Source: a virus
Taxonomy: Duplodnaviria > Caudoviricetes
Strand: one strand, 5' to 3'
Virus record (IMG/VR): IMGVR_UViG_3300025012_000029
Coordinates: 96,001-160,000 of that record
DNA length: 64,000 nucleotides
Of this stretch, positions 9,703-21,121 are shown piece after piece (the first letter of the stretch is position 1; every line of letters starts with the position of its first letter). A program made the position numbers and the translations under genes. The notes under the pieces were generated by a model, which was given only the letters and a program-made list of their open reading frames with translations, made no database searches and was not told where the DNA came from.

Positions 9703-12700
9703 TTATCCTCTACGAAGTGACGACTGACTATTCCCAGCACTGATTGTTGAACTTCCTCGCTTAGTAGTGTCCGAATTAACGTTTGTAGTATTATTAACTA
9801 TATTATTAGACATATACTCTGTTCGAACAGCCATTTGATTCCTATTTTCTGTTGCCATATTAATTCCACCAGGAATAGCCTGTGACAAGCTCGGATTACT
9901 AGCAATAGTAATTGTAATTTTATTAACACCACCTTCTTTGATTAAATTATCAACACTCTCCATTTGTGTCGCAAAAGACTGTACACGAACATCTGTAAAT
10001 ATCTTAACTTCTTTTTGAAAGTTTTGAGAAATTTTCAAATTATTCTCCAAAAGAGAAGCAGACTTAGGTAATCCAACAACTTCTATCCTCGGGGTGGCAA
10101 TACGAGGAGAAATCGTAAGAACTGGTGTGGGAATAATTTTCGGCAATTCTACACCGACAGCATCTACTTGAGGAGTTAAAAGAAAATATTCATCATAAAC
10201 TGGCAAATCCAGACTTTTGTCTCTCACTATCCCTATAACTTTATTTTCATATGACTTCATTCGACATAACATAACTCCACCTGTAGCTTGATTATAGGCA
10301 AATAAAGTAAGCGGCATCCATATAGGATTTTTCAAAAGTAACTCACCATCACTTGATTTTTGATATCCATTAAATACTTGAATAGTATTAATCATTTGGT
10401 AATCTAATCTAAACTCTGTTTTTAATTCAGGAGTTTTAAGCGGATCCGTTGGATGAGAAAAAACATTCTTCCTCACTATGGTTGGAGATGTTCTCGAAAG
10501 ATAAAGAGACTTAACTTGATTTGGAAGACTAGACATGGCAAAATTAAATGTTGTGTTATGTGGCTTTCCTTGAAAGAAACTTTCGGCCGAAGACAGTTTC
10601 TTATCTTGAATGACTTTGTTTATCAAACTATCTTCAGAAGCAACATCAAACATACGTACTGAAGCTGGTTTTCCACCAATAGTTTTTGAATTAGAAGAAA
10701 AACTCAATCCTTTAGTTTGACTAGATGTTTTGGAAATTTGATGAGTGTCAAGTTTTTTTATCAAATCTAATAAAACAGGAGTTGGATTCAAATTAACGCT
10801 AACTTTTGGAGCGTCGCCCTTGTTGTTAGTATCACAATTCGAATGAATATCTATAATTGGATCAATAATTTTTGAGTCACGTACCGAGTTTCTTCCTTGT
10901 ATAATATTAACCAAAGGAATTCTATTTTTGTTAATCTCTAATATTGGCTCTACATTTAATTTTGCCAGCATCTTAAAGGCATCATCAGAAACTTCATAAG
11001 TTGCTTTATTGGATGTATTTTTTGAACTATTATAGGATTTATCTCTGGTCGGCGTTAGATTGGTATTAAAAGATTTAATTGATAAATCTAAATGTGCCAT
11101 CTGAGCTCGATCGACAATTGGAGTTGGTGAATTTCCCAACCTCATAACATTGAATTTCTCAGCAAATTTAATTTTTGCCGGAGTAAGATAAGAAAAACTA
11201 GTATTATCTATTGAATCTCCAAAAGTATATTGTTGATCTCTAAATTTGATGTTAATGTCTGGTTTTGTGTCATTGGATGAAATAAAATAATGATTATTTT
11301 CTCTTTCTACTCTTGCCGCATATTGTCCGCCAGTGATAACTCTCAATCCATTGAGTTGATCTTGAATATCTGAAGCATCTAGGAAATCGTATCCAATTGA
11401 TTTCGGAACGCTTGCGTTAAATGGAGTGTTATTAAAAAACTTAACAACGTTGAAAGATTTAACGGATGTCTTTCCTTTTTTCATAACTTTAGTCATTCGA
11501 GGAGCAACATTTTGAATCATTCCCAATTTTGAAAGTGGTTTTCCAGAAGTTGTTGATGGAACAGAAGACGTTCCAGAATCTCCAACAGCTTTGGATAAAC
11601 TTGTTTCTAACGTATCCATCAAATTCAAAAGTTTTAATATACCAGATGGATTTCCTGTTGCCGGATGTACGAAATAGAACAAAGATTTCTCAAATTTATC
11701 AAAAGGAATAGAATCGCTATTTTGAGCGAACAGTTTCATCATATCAATGTATACTTTAACTGCTGTTCCCCAAGGAGTAACAGCAATATCAGTAGTTCCA
11801 TACTTGGCAATTTGTTCATTAATGAATTTTTGAGTAAATCTATTCAATATAGTGTTAAAATTACCTGGTGTGGTAGTTGTTTGATCTACTTTTATTTCTC
11901 CTGGGAAGTCTATGTGAGGATTGTTGTTAGAAATGAGTGTTTTTGAAGATTCTAACTTTGTAGCATTATGAAAATACTTCAAAAGTTCATTTCTTGCGCC
12001 ATGTAGTTCACCAAGTTTTGATCTCAAAAAATCATACGATGGATCGACAATCTCCATCTCAATTCCATACACATAATATCCATCCGTTATATCAGAAATT
12101 GATTTATCTACGCCCGTAAAGTGTCGTATGTCTGATAAGTTCTGTGGTCCTTCAATTCCTTGTACAAAAACATCTTTTATCTCTCTAATCGAAGATATTT
12201 GAGTGTTTTTTTCAAAAAATCCTTTATAGAATCTCTCTCCGGAGATGGATATCACATCGTCTATTTGATTGCTCTCAAATAATTGAGAAGCATCGGCAAC
12301 AGAGCCTATTTCTGGGCTTCCTTTAATGCGACGCCGAACAATTTTCATAGACAAAATGAATGAATCCAGCATTGCCAATGGACCAGTTTTGGGATTTGAA
12401 AATAATTTTCCATAAATGCCATTTAAAGACAATAATTTTCGAAAATTAACAGAAAAAAAGAACCTAGCACGACCTTCCTCGTCCCTAGCAGTTTGAAAAT
12501 CCGAAAATGTTGACTCTATGGCTTGTATGTCGAGCGCATCTCTACGAGGACCAACTAATTTTGTATTCAAAATCTCATTTTCTACAATAGAGAAGTCTAA
12601 AACTAAGCGATCAATGTCTTTAAAGTCTCTAAAATCTTGAATTTTTGAATTTCCGACAACAGTTCTCGTAATTGGAATCTTTGTTCCATCTTTTGTAATA

Positions 12701-13599
12701 CCAAAAGACCCATTTGTAGATGTTTCATCTATTGGTCCAACCCATAAAGCTCCGGTTTCATCTAAATAAACAAAAGATTGTCCTATAATTTCTCCATTTT
12801 CAAACACTATATCAGAAACAACCTTACCAAATGGTTCTGAAATAAGACGACTATCGAGCTTTAGTTTGAAGTCTTTTGCCAATTGAAATAAATCAAGATA
12901 AGAAAAAGCAAAATAAGATAAATGTTCAGGGTTTTGATTAGTAAATTCAAAACAAACTCTAAAAACAAAACTTGTGATAGTATTTCCGTCCGAATCAACT
13001 TCACTATAATGTTGTGTAAGATTGGTTTTATCTCCAACTATATCGTCTTTAACACTCAGGGTTCTTGATTGAATAGAACGATCCATAGCATCGCGAACAT
13101 TACTCAAACTCTTAGAATCAAATATTTGTAAACTTCTTGCCACCGAACTCAATCCATTTATCAAACCTCTTTTAGAAATAGGAACAACAGAATCTTTGCT
13201 CATGACAAGTAAAAGATTTTTATTATTTGTGGCAGCTTGTGTAAGTGCTGGTTTGGTACTTTGAATCACTTTTAATTTGAGATATTTTGAGAAATCTTCA
13301 TTCTTAAACCAGGTTCCAATAAGTCCGTTATCTAGTTTCTCTTTCAAAATCAATTCAACAGTAACAGAAAGTTTTTCTGCTGTTCCTGCGTTTTTATCAA
13401 ATAAACTAGCACCAAGACGCGGTTTTACCAATTTTCCAGTAAGAGGATCTATCTGTTTTTCTGGTGACTTACTCAAATCTATATGAGGATTTTCTTCTCT
13501 TAGAATTTGTGCGCCACCAACAGTTTCTAAAATTATTTTAGAAATATATACATCTGGAACTAACGCGCCGAGTAGTTGATTTTGATTTAATAATACCAT
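9703..13599 (-). CDS. Large putative virion protein
   Basis: 1298 aa; translationally coupled to the upstream gene (TGATG overlap at 13599); low-complexity C-terminus. Confidence 0.5.
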   Translation of the reverse strand: MVLLNQNQLLGALVPDVYISKIILETVGGAQILREENPHIDLSKSPEKQIDPLTGKLVKPRLGASLFDKNAGTAEKLSVTVELILKEKLDNGLIGTWFKNEDFSKYLKLKVIQSTKPALTQAATNNKNLLLVMSKDSVVPISKRGLINGLSSVARSLQIFDSKSLSNVRDAMDRSIQSRTLSVKDDIVGDKTNLTQHYSEVDSDGNTITSFVFRVCFEFTNQNPEHLSYFAFSYLDLFQLAKDFKLKLDSRLISEPFGKVVSDIVFENGEIIGQSFVYLDETGALWVGPIDETSTNGSFGITKDGTKIPITRTVVGNSKIQDFRDFKDIDRLVLDFSIVENEILNTKLVGPRRDALDIQAIESTFSDFQTARDEEGRARFFFSVNFRKLLSLNGIYGKLFSNPKTGPLAMLDSFILSMKIVRRRIKGSPEIGSVADASQLFESNQIDDVISISGERFYKGFFEKNTQISSIREIKDVFVQGIEGPQNLSDIRHFTGVDKSISDITDGYYVYGIEMEIVDPSYDFLRSKLGELHGARNELLKYFHNATKLESSKTLISNNNPHIDFPGEIKVDQTTTTPGNFNTILNRFTQKFINEQIAKYGTTDIAVTPWGTAVKVYIDMMKLFAQNSDSIPFDKFEKSLFYFVHPATGNPSGILKLLNLMDTLETSLSKAVGDSGTSSVPSTTSGKPLSKLGMIQNVAPRMTKVMKKGKTSVKSFNVVKFFNNTPFNASVPKSIGYDFLDASDIQDQLNGLRVITGGQYAARVERENNHYFISSNDTKPDINIKFRDQQYTFGDSIDNTSFSYLTPAKIKFAEKFNVMRLGNSPTPIVDRAQMAHLDLSIKSFNTNLTPTRDKSYNSSKNTSNKATYEVSDDAFKMLAKLNVEPILEINKNRIPLVNIIQGRNSVRDSKIIDPIIDIHSNCDTNNKGDAPKVSVNLNPTPVLLDLIKKLDTHQISKTSSQTKGLSFSSNSKTIGGKPASVRMFDVASEDSLINKVIQDKKLSSAESFFQGKPHNTTFNFAMSSLPNQVKSLYLSRTSPTIVRKNVFSHPTDPLKTPELKTEFRLDYQMINTIQVFNGYQKSSDGELLLKNPIWMPLTLFAYNQATGGVMLCRMKSYENKVIGIVRDKSLDLPVYDEYFLLTPQVDAVGVELPKIIPTPVLTISPRIATPRIEVVGLPKSASLLENNLKISQNFQKEVKIFTDVRVQSFATQMESVDNLIKEGGVNKITITIASNPSLSQAIPGGINMATENRNQMAVRTEYMSNNIVNNTTNVNSDTTKRGSSTISAGNSQSSLRRG

Positions 13600-14516
13600 C
13601 AGCAGTCTTTAATTTCTTCTTCGCGAACAGAGCTTGAATATAGTATTCTTTTTACATCTGTTGGCAAAAGTTCATCTTCAACCTCGTCATCTATAATTAT
13701 GTCAAAGAAGTATTCTACACATGACGTATCTAACGGAGGGATATTGGTATTTATTTGATTTTCATCTAAAAGAATGTTATTTTTGATGAGTTCCGGTTTT
13801 TGAGAAACAAACCGTAAAGGAATGAGAACTTCTTTAGAACCATCTTCCGTGATCTCAAAAACTTCTATCTCAAAATTTTCACTTCCATAAATTGTGTTTA
13901 GCTCTTCAACGTCAATAACAATAGAATCTTCAATAACGTCAATATATGATCCATCTTTAAATTCATTGACAAGCAGTCCCAAATCGGTCCTATTAGCTTG
14001 AATTTCATCTAAAGAAAGTTGCTTAGTGATTGTTCTATACTCTATATCTTTCATTTCCAGTTGTGGTATTTTTAACGTCGTATGCTCTCCCTCTTTAAAA
14101 GAGATAGAACTGGAGATTTCTCCATCTAATACTTTAATAGACCAACCAGGAGCAGACGTTGCTTCAAGACTAATTGTCCCAATTGGAGCAGTTAACGAAT
14201 AATGTTTTTCAGCAGTAGGTTGAATCTTTTTACTACCTAATTCAGATTGCCCTTGTTTTATGAATTTATTTATTTTTATAACTTCTGTTTCAACTCCATG
14301 AAACAAGTGTTGAACTTCCAATTGAGGTATCTCTTTAATTCTGTCGTGAACATTATTTTGAGGCTCACTTAAAGACGCATATTGAGAATCATATAAAATT
14401 TCAGTATCAAAAAAAGCATACGAGTCAGGATGAAATTGTCCCTTTGAGAGAAGATATTTCCCATATTGTGTGATCTCGATATCGAGCACTTCCTCTTTGT
14501 TGTTGAGAAATTTCAT
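13599..14516 (-). CDS. Conserved putative structural protein
   Basis: 305 aa; N-terminus (EVLDIEITQYGKYLLSKGQF...YAFFD) is similar in layout to that of 4416..5327; coupled to both neighbours. Confidence 0.5.
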   Translation of the reverse strand: MKFLNNKEEVLDIEITQYGKYLLSKGQFHPDSYAFFDTEILYDSQYASLSEPQNNVHDRIKEIPQLEVQHLFHGVETEVIKINKFIKQGQSELGSKKIQPTAEKHYSLTAPIGTISLEATSAPGWSIKVLDGEISSSISFKEGEHTTLKIPQLEMKDIEYRTITKQLSLDEIQANRTDLGLLVNEFKDGSYIDVIEDSIVIDVEELNTIYGSENFEIEVFEITEDGSKEVLIPLRFVSQKPELIKNNILLDENQINTNIPPLDTSCVEYFFDIIIDDEVEDELLPTDVKRILYSSSVREEEIKDC

Positions 14517-17500
14517 TAGAATTTAATCCCTCCGCCACCCTTTGGTGAACTACTTTTTACACCTTTAGTTGATTTACCAAATACACTTATTCCTATAGAT
14601 GGTTTAACTGTAATTGAATCCATCACACTCTTTTTACCTACTGAAATTCCTATATTAGATGAAACAGTTTGATTTGACACATTTAATGTCGGCGCCACTG
14701 TACTAGGAACAATCCTAGAAATGGTACTAGATAAACCTCCCACTCCTGGTGTTGGAATTGGTATATCTTTTGGTATTGGAGCAATTGTTACTTCGGCTTC
14801 AATTTGAGCTAATTCAACTAATGAAAAATAATCATATGGCCAGTTAAAGGAATAATCTGGAGCCTTCACTCCTACCTTAAAATCAAACTTAAACCTATCA
14901 TCATCTTTTGAATCAGCCGTCTTCTCAAAATAATTGATTGCCGCTAGCTTTTTGACTTTAAAAACTAACCATCTTACGTTAGAAGGCAATTTCTTTCCAT
15001 GGAAAAATTCCCATGGACGCATGGGATGCGACAATTCTACTTCATCTTTTTCTGATGTCATGCCAATTTTAGGCATAACTCCTTGCCATATATCCACCAC
15101 ATCTTGTTTATCGAGAACGTGTTTAAATTCAAAAATATACATTACAAATGGAGGAATATCATCATATTTCAAAAAGTTCATTTCAGGTGGAATTACATAT
15201 TGACTCATTTGCTGCGGCAGTTTTGATATAGACGTTTCAGAAATATGAAAATCTCCAAATCCAGAAGTTGGATCGATGGCGTCTTGCCCAGCTTCAATTT
15301 TGCTTTTTTGTGTCCTCCATTGGGTCTCGTCTATTTTGAAAAAATTCCTTCCCATCACATTAGTAGTAACTGCAAATTCGTCATCCTTAAAAAGATTATC
15401 AATAAATGGAATAGCAACAATTGCTTCTGCAATTTCTTTGCCAGTATTTGGTTCTCCTAAACGCAAAGGTTCTGTATTAAATCCAAATACATTGATCAAT
15501 GAACCCGTTACTAGTTGTTCTTCTAAAGTTAAATTTGAAAAACTCTCCTCAACAGACATATATACACCAGTAGATCCAGAACAAAATTCTCCATATCCAC
15601 TCCACATTCCCTTTGGTATTTGATATCTTTTTATTGCTGTGTCATCCACGATGATGTCATAATATTCAGTTGGTTGGTTCTTAAAATTCAGAATTGGGCA
15701 TTCAAAACGAGGAGAAATTGCCCACGAATTAAATGTGGAATCGGCATCCTCGATCGATTGTGCTGCTGCTTTTCCAGTTATAGTATTAAACGATTTTGTA
15801 TCATACGTAACTTTCAATCCTTTACTTACTCCAAATAAATTAATAGAAGAACTTACTGTAGAGCGTCCTTGCCAAGCAGGACGAAGGGGAACAGCATCAT
15901 ACCCATCATGATTATAAAAGGCTATAAAATCCCTTAATGTATTATTATAATTTTCTACATTTGCTTTAGATAGCACATACGAAATAGGATCAAACTTCTC
16001 TTTTTCGGTTCCATCTGCTTTATATGAAATTCTAGCAACAGAATCTTTGAAATAATAAGGTGGCAAATATGGAGCATATGCTGGATCGGCGTAACGTACC
16101 AATCTCATATGACTTCCTATAGCTGTAGCATTTCCAAATGCAGCAATACCAAATGCGTAAAGACGGTCAGCGATATCCGTTGCACGATCGTTAAAATCAT
16201 CAGCCCACTTAAAAGGATGCCCAAAAAATCTTCCCGTATATGTTAATGCTGCATAATCCGGCACAATTTCTGTCGAATCCGGTCCGGCGCCGTTCGGTCC
16301 GGACGGTCCATAAGCAAACGAAGCAGTATGAAATAATTTATCTGTACTATTCCAGCGAGAACCATACATCAACAAATCGTCACTTTTATATAATTTAACG
16401 TCCATATAATAAGAGTTGCCAGAAACCATTGCTCGCATTTTGTTAGAAGGTTTAGAAATAATGGCTTTTACCTTACTTCCTTCAAGAAAAAAATTAATTG
16501 ATTCAGCAAGAAAATTATGCATAGACAGTTTATACAAAGAATTTGATTCACCTCCATTCCAATCAAAAAATATATCTCTTCGATTACCTGGAAGGTTCGT
16601 GGCGCCGGCGAGAAACTCAACGAGATTCCAATATATCGAACCAGATCCATTTGAGGAAGAAATAGGCACTCCACCTCTATTAGATCCATTCTTGATATCT
16701 AATAAAGATTCGAATTGAATTTTATAATTTGGATCATCATAAAATAAAAGATTTGCACCAGCTCCCAATGTTCCTATATCTCCTTGAGAACCAGTAAAAA
16801 CTGGAAAATCCATTGCGATACCAGATTTAATAGTATTATACAAAATGCCTGGAGCGAAAAACGGCTGCAATAAAGACATTACAGCAAGATTTCCAGAATG
16901 TGGATTCATGCTCGAATCGCGAGGTTTTCCGTCTTTCCAATACAATCCACCAATATGTGGAGCATAAGATTGAGAAAACAATGTAGCTAATTGAACTGTT
17001 CTAGTGACTGGATAGAATCCATTGTAAGGTAATAATTTTTTAATACCTTTACATTTAAGAGTTATTCTTTCAACATGATTATCAATATCGTTATGATCGT
17101 TATATATAACATCATAATGTTTCATTATGTCTGAATGTGAAAATGTTTTGAAAAATGTCTCATCAAGTCCAGACTCTTCGGTCGTAGCACTTTGTGTAAT
17201 AAATGCTCCAACATTGGATAAAAATTTATTATTTGACTTTCTAAAATTTCCGCCTTGCTTGTTAACATAAAAATCCATATTCTGTGATATATTAAATTCT
17301 GGAATGATTGAGTAATCTTTACTTAGACTTTTGATATCATCAAAAAATTCTTCGTACGAATCAAACCACGGATTCTTGCCTGATAAAATACTTGTTCTAA
17401 ATCGATGCTCATAAGTATCTTGAACAAGTTCATAGGATTTTCCGTTTTCAGAAAAATTAAAGTCATGATAAGTGTTGGCAAAAAGATCACCAAAAGGTTT

Positions 17501-20500
17501 GTTATATAAGGCAGATGCAGTTGGATGTAAAAAGTAATAGAAGTGACTTCCGGAACCGAAATCCGCACTGGCACTGGCACCTCTTTGTATATAAAACCAA
17601 TCTCTAACGGCAAATGTAGGAGGAGGCAGATTAACTTCATAAATGGTTCTATCCGGGGATAATTCTCCAGAGTCGTAATTTCCCCACTTACCCATATTTT
17701 TAGAATTTCCATCAGGGTATTCATATGACTGAGTGTGATAAAGTTCAATTCCAAACGGCCAAAGACTTGGAGCGTCGCCATCCCTTATCCCTTGTGAATT
17801 TATCAAAGGAGTTGTAAGAGAACCAGATCTTACTATATATGAACCTTCTTCGAGATGTCCATCTATCAAGCCAAATCGATTTCTTTTCTTCGGATCATTT
17901 CTCCAAAACGTTCTTCTCTCTAAAGGATTTCTATCTATTCCATTATGACCATACGAAGCAGATGAAACATTTTCTAAAACAAGAGCCTGATTTGAATCGT
18001 AGAAATTATATACAAAAGTACCAGATACTGACGCATCTTCAGCATGGTTTGTTCTGCCTCTTATTATTTTCTTTCCTGTATTAATTTCCTTCGGATAAAT
18101 AACTTCACTATATTGTAAAGATAAAAATCCATCTATCGGATTCTCTAATTCATTTTGATCGGCATCAATGTATAATTCCTTAATACGATCATACATCTGA
18201 TCATCACACTTGCTCAATCCCAATTTATTATTCAAATCTGTATTGGCAAACATGCCTATATTATTTGAATATGAATGTCTTAAGGAAACTGGAGTGTTAC
18301 TTCCTTTAACATTCAAAGTATGAATCATTGGTCTATTGCGAAATACAACAGCAGGTTCTTCATAATTTGTAAATGTATCTGAACGGCGATCCTTGTAAGG
18401 AATCCTTTGTCCGGTGTTTGTCGTTATAAGTCTTTCCTTGGTAGGATCGCTTACAGACAAAATATTTGTTTCTCTATGTTTTCTAGCAATTGGATGTTCA
18501 CCAGTTCTGATTTGTTTCCATGATGGATATTGGTATGGACCATTGCGATGTAATAATAATTTATTCAATACTTCATGTTCTGGAATTGTTCCAAATAAAG
18601 TATTTTTATATTCTGAAGAACTCAACAGATTGATAGAAGCAGTAAGTGAATCTTTAATGAGAGTATTAATTCCTGCGAAATCTACCCTTATTCCGCTTAT
18701 ACCTTCAATATCACTGCTAGCAGAAATAAAAACCAAATCAAAACCAGGAACTGATGTGCTTCCACTGGGAACATAAAATTCTGAAGCATAACCAATTGGA
18801 CAAAGTTCAGGAATGGCAGAAGACGTTATCCAAGCATATTGTAATTCACTTTGAGGAATGGGTCTTTGAACAAAAGCATTATCATAAACTGAAGCGGTTA
18901 TGAATGCGCTACCATCCTCTTCTATTCTCCTCGACGTGTTTCTGTTTATTTTATGATAATTCGCATATGCTGATGCCGTTGGATGAACTCCGAATTGTCC
19001 AGCATGAGTCGATTCGTCAATATTTAACCTATTTCTAACCAGAGAATTTCTATAATTGAGATCATTATAGACAGAATATTCTTCTGCCTCTCTGTCCAAA
19101 TATCCCCTAGATATTGTTTTTTGTTCGCCAGGAGAAGAAAAATGTTCTACAAAAACATGTTCAGAGTTGTATGCGGTCCTATCTGGAAGTGTGAACTCTC
19201 GTCCTCCAAGAACTGGAGTTTGTAATGTAAGGGATTGACTTCCTTCGGTTCTTGTTAGAAATCTATTATTGTTTGTTCTTCCAGATGTTTGAACAATCTC
19301 ATAGTCAGACGCATAATTTCCCAATGGAATATGCGCGTTTCTAACTGAAGATGATATAGAAAAAAGAGACCTACTATTTTTAATATTCTCTATTCTCATT
19401 GGTTCTATAAAATCGCTTGCCGTCACTTGTTGAGAAGCGTCAAGGTGTAATGGAGTTGTAAAACTTCTATTCAATGCGCTTGTGCGAACAGAAAATATTC
19501 GTGTTCTGCTAATATCTACTGATGTGATACCTGATGAATTAATTCCTGTTTTTTCTGCTCTATTTTTCCACCAAAACTCATTTTCAGATTGAAGTCCAGA
19601 AACTGGAGCGGAACCATCTTTCCAGTCATAAAGAAGTTCATTAATGCTTTTCATTCCACCTTCGGGTGGATTGCCTTTGAATTCAATGGTTGGTAATTTA
19701 TTCCAATACTTATTTCTTTCTAGAATATGACTTTCAATTAACGTTCTAACTTCACCAGAAAAATGAGCAGATGCCGGAATAAGTTGTTGAAGCATCATTG
19801 AAATTGAAGAATCAAACCATTTGAAGTAATCAACAAATTTCTCAAAATCAATTGAAGAATTCTTAACTCTTTCAAAATAAAGATGACGAAGTTGTGTAAG
19901 ATTTTTATATTCTTGTCTGTAACGATTAACAGGTTCTCCAATGAGATTATTGAAATCTTTAATTGTTCCAAATATCTTTAATACTTCATCTGTTATTATC
20001 GCATATGGACTTTTTTCAATAGCATAGAAGTGTTTGACTGGACGTGTATCGCGAGTAAACAAATCATCATCGCTAGTTCTAATTTCGACCATATTCGAAC
20101 TATTGAGAACTTCCGGTGGCAATTGTTTTGCTGATGGGATATATTCAACATTTACAGCGTCGATATCAAATGGCAAGAAGAAGTCTCCTTGTCCTGGATG
20201 TTGATGATATCTGATTGGTCCAAACCAACTATATCTGTTTGTTAATTCAAGAGAACCTGAAGTGGTATCCTCTACAATAAATTTAGCGTCTGATGTTGTT
20301 GGAAGTCCATCGCTAGAATTGCTAGATCCAGTAACATTTTCAAATGTCCAATGAAGAACTAATGTCTCCATTTCTGGAACTTCTATAATTCTTCTTGGCA
20401 GTAAGAAAGGATCATCGCAGGCACCAAGAGATGAAGAAAACAAATTAAAAGATGTATCTGCTGCCGTTATGTAAATTCTAACATCAAAAGATAAAGAGCC

Positions 20501-21100
20501 AGAAGGATCAATTACAACTGAATAACCATTTCCATATGCTGTGTATGACGAACTTGGACCATTGAAGGGCGCAACAAATGAACCAGATACTAATGCTTCC
20601 TGTAAAGAACCTGTTCCTTGTTGAACAAAAATATGAACTGAATTGCTGTCAACAGATGAACCAACATCTAAAACTTTGAAAGTAACATTATCGTTTGGAT
20701 TCGCATCAGTTGGGTTTGGTATGATTAAGTCATCAATATAGGGAGTCAACCCATATCCATTAAAATCATACGATAGAGGCGATAAAGAAATATTTTGATA
20801 ATCTACAACTCCAGAAACTATGTTTAAGGCATAATTTGATGACCCATTTGTCATCTCAGTATTAAACGATAAGTCAATATAGGTTGGATATGTTATTATT
20901 TGAGCAGAAGCACTTACTACGGATAATCCAACACTTCCAAGATCTGCTGCTATACTATAACTGCCCGTTGAATTAAACAGGGCAGACGAACTCATTGGAG
21001 AGGAAAATCCAACTCTAACAGTGTCAGTATCTATAGCAATGATACTTGTAATGCTGACTGAAGGGCCTACCCCAGTGAAGGAATTTGTCAAATGTGCCAA
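14516..21100 (-). CDS. Giant tail/baseplate protein with N-terminal Ig-like domains
   Basis: 2194 aa, TTG start with AAGGT upstream. The first ~240 aa look like two Ig-like modules (VRVGFSSPM...YSI...YALNIVSGVVD; VTFKVLDVGSSVDSNSVHIFV). Confidence 0.55.
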   Translation of the reverse strand: MAHLTNSFTGVGPSVSITSIIAIDTDTVRVGFSSPMSSSALFNSTGSYSIAADLGSVGLSVVSASAQIITYPTYIDLSFNTEMTNGSSNYALNIVSGVVDYQNISLSPLSYDFNGYGLTPYIDDLIIPNPTDANPNDNVTFKVLDVGSSVDSNSVHIFVQQGTGSLQEALVSGSFVAPFNGPSSSYTAYGNGYSVVIDPSGSLSFDVRIYITAADTSFNLFSSSLGACDDPFLLPRRIIEVPEMETLVLHWTFENVTGSSNSSDGLPTTSDAKFIVEDTTSGSLELTNRYSWFGPIRYHQHPGQGDFFLPFDIDAVNVEYIPSAKQLPPEVLNSSNMVEIRTSDDDLFTRDTRPVKHFYAIEKSPYAIITDEVLKIFGTIKDFNNLIGEPVNRYRQEYKNLTQLRHLYFERVKNSSIDFEKFVDYFKWFDSSISMMLQQLIPASAHFSGEVRTLIESHILERNKYWNKLPTIEFKGNPPEGGMKSINELLYDWKDGSAPVSGLQSENEFWWKNRAEKTGINSSGITSVDISRTRIFSVRTSALNRSFTTPLHLDASQQVTASDFIEPMRIENIKNSRSLFSISSSVRNAHIPLGNYASDYEIVQTSGRTNNNRFLTRTEGSQSLTLQTPVLGGREFTLPDRTAYNSEHVFVEHFSSPGEQKTISRGYLDREAEEYSVYNDLNYRNSLVRNRLNIDESTHAGQFGVHPTASAYANYHKINRNTSRRIEEDGSAFITASVYDNAFVQRPIPQSELQYAWITSSAIPELCPIGYASEFYVPSGSTSVPGFDLVFISASSDIEGISGIRVDFAGINTLIKDSLTASINLLSSSEYKNTLFGTIPEHEVLNKLLLHRNGPYQYPSWKQIRTGEHPIARKHRETNILSVSDPTKERLITTNTGQRIPYKDRRSDTFTNYEEPAVVFRNRPMIHTLNVKGSNTPVSLRHSYSNNIGMFANTDLNNKLGLSKCDDQMYDRIKELYIDADQNELENPIDGFLSLQYSEVIYPKEINTGKKIIRGRTNHAEDASVSGTFVYNFYDSNQALVLENVSSASYGHNGIDRNPLERRTFWRNDPKKRNRFGLIDGHLEEGSYIVRSGSLTTPLINSQGIRDGDAPSLWPFGIELYHTQSYEYPDGNSKNMGKWGNYDSGELSPDRTIYEVNLPPPTFAVRDWFYIQRGASASADFGSGSHFYYFLHPTASALYNKPFGDLFANTYHDFNFSENGKSYELVQDTYEHRFRTSILSGKNPWFDSYEEFFDDIKSLSKDYSIIPEFNISQNMDFYVNKQGGNFRKSNNKFLSNVGAFITQSATTEESGLDETFFKTFSHSDIMKHYDVIYNDHNDIDNHVERITLKCKGIKKLLPYNGFYPVTRTVQLATLFSQSYAPHIGGLYWKDGKPRDSSMNPHSGNLAVMSLLQPFFAPGILYNTIKSGIAMDFPVFTGSQGDIGTLGAGANLLFYDDPNYKIQFESLLDIKNGSNRGGVPISSSNGSGSIYWNLVEFLAGATNLPGNRRDIFFDWNGGESNSLYKLSMHNFLAESINFFLEGSKVKAIISKPSNKMRAMVSGNSYYMDVKLYKSDDLLMYGSRWNSTDKLFHTASFAYGPSGPNGAGPDSTEIVPDYAALTYTGRFFGHPFKWADDFNDRATDIADRLYAFGIAAFGNATAIGSHMRLVRYADPAYAPYLPPYYFKDSVARISYKADGTEKEKFDPISYVLSKANVENYNNTLRDFIAFYNHDGYDAVPLRPAWQGRSTVSSSINLFGVSKGLKVTYDTKSFNTITGKAAAQSIEDADSTFNSWAISPRFECPILNFKNQPTEYYDIIVDDTAIKRYQIPKGMWSGYGEFCSGSTGVYMSVEESFSNLTLEEQLVTGSLINVFGFNTEPLRLGEPNTGKEIAEAIVAIPFIDNLFKDDEFAVTTNVMGRNFFKIDETQWRTQKSKIEAGQDAIDPTSGFGDFHISETSISKLPQQMSQYVIPPEMNFLKYDDIPPFVMYIFEFKHVLDKQDVVDIWQGVMPKIGMTSEKDEVELSHPMRPWEFFHGKKLPSNVRWLVFKVKKLAAINYFEKTADSKDDDRFKFDFKVGVKAPDYSFNWPYDYFSLVELAQIEAEVTIAPIPKDIPIPTPGVGGLSSTISRIVPSTVAPTLNVSNQTVSSNIGISVGKKSVMDSITVKPSIGISVFGKSTKGVKSSSPKGGGGIKF

Positions 21101-21121
21101 AACTTATTTACCTTACTGTAA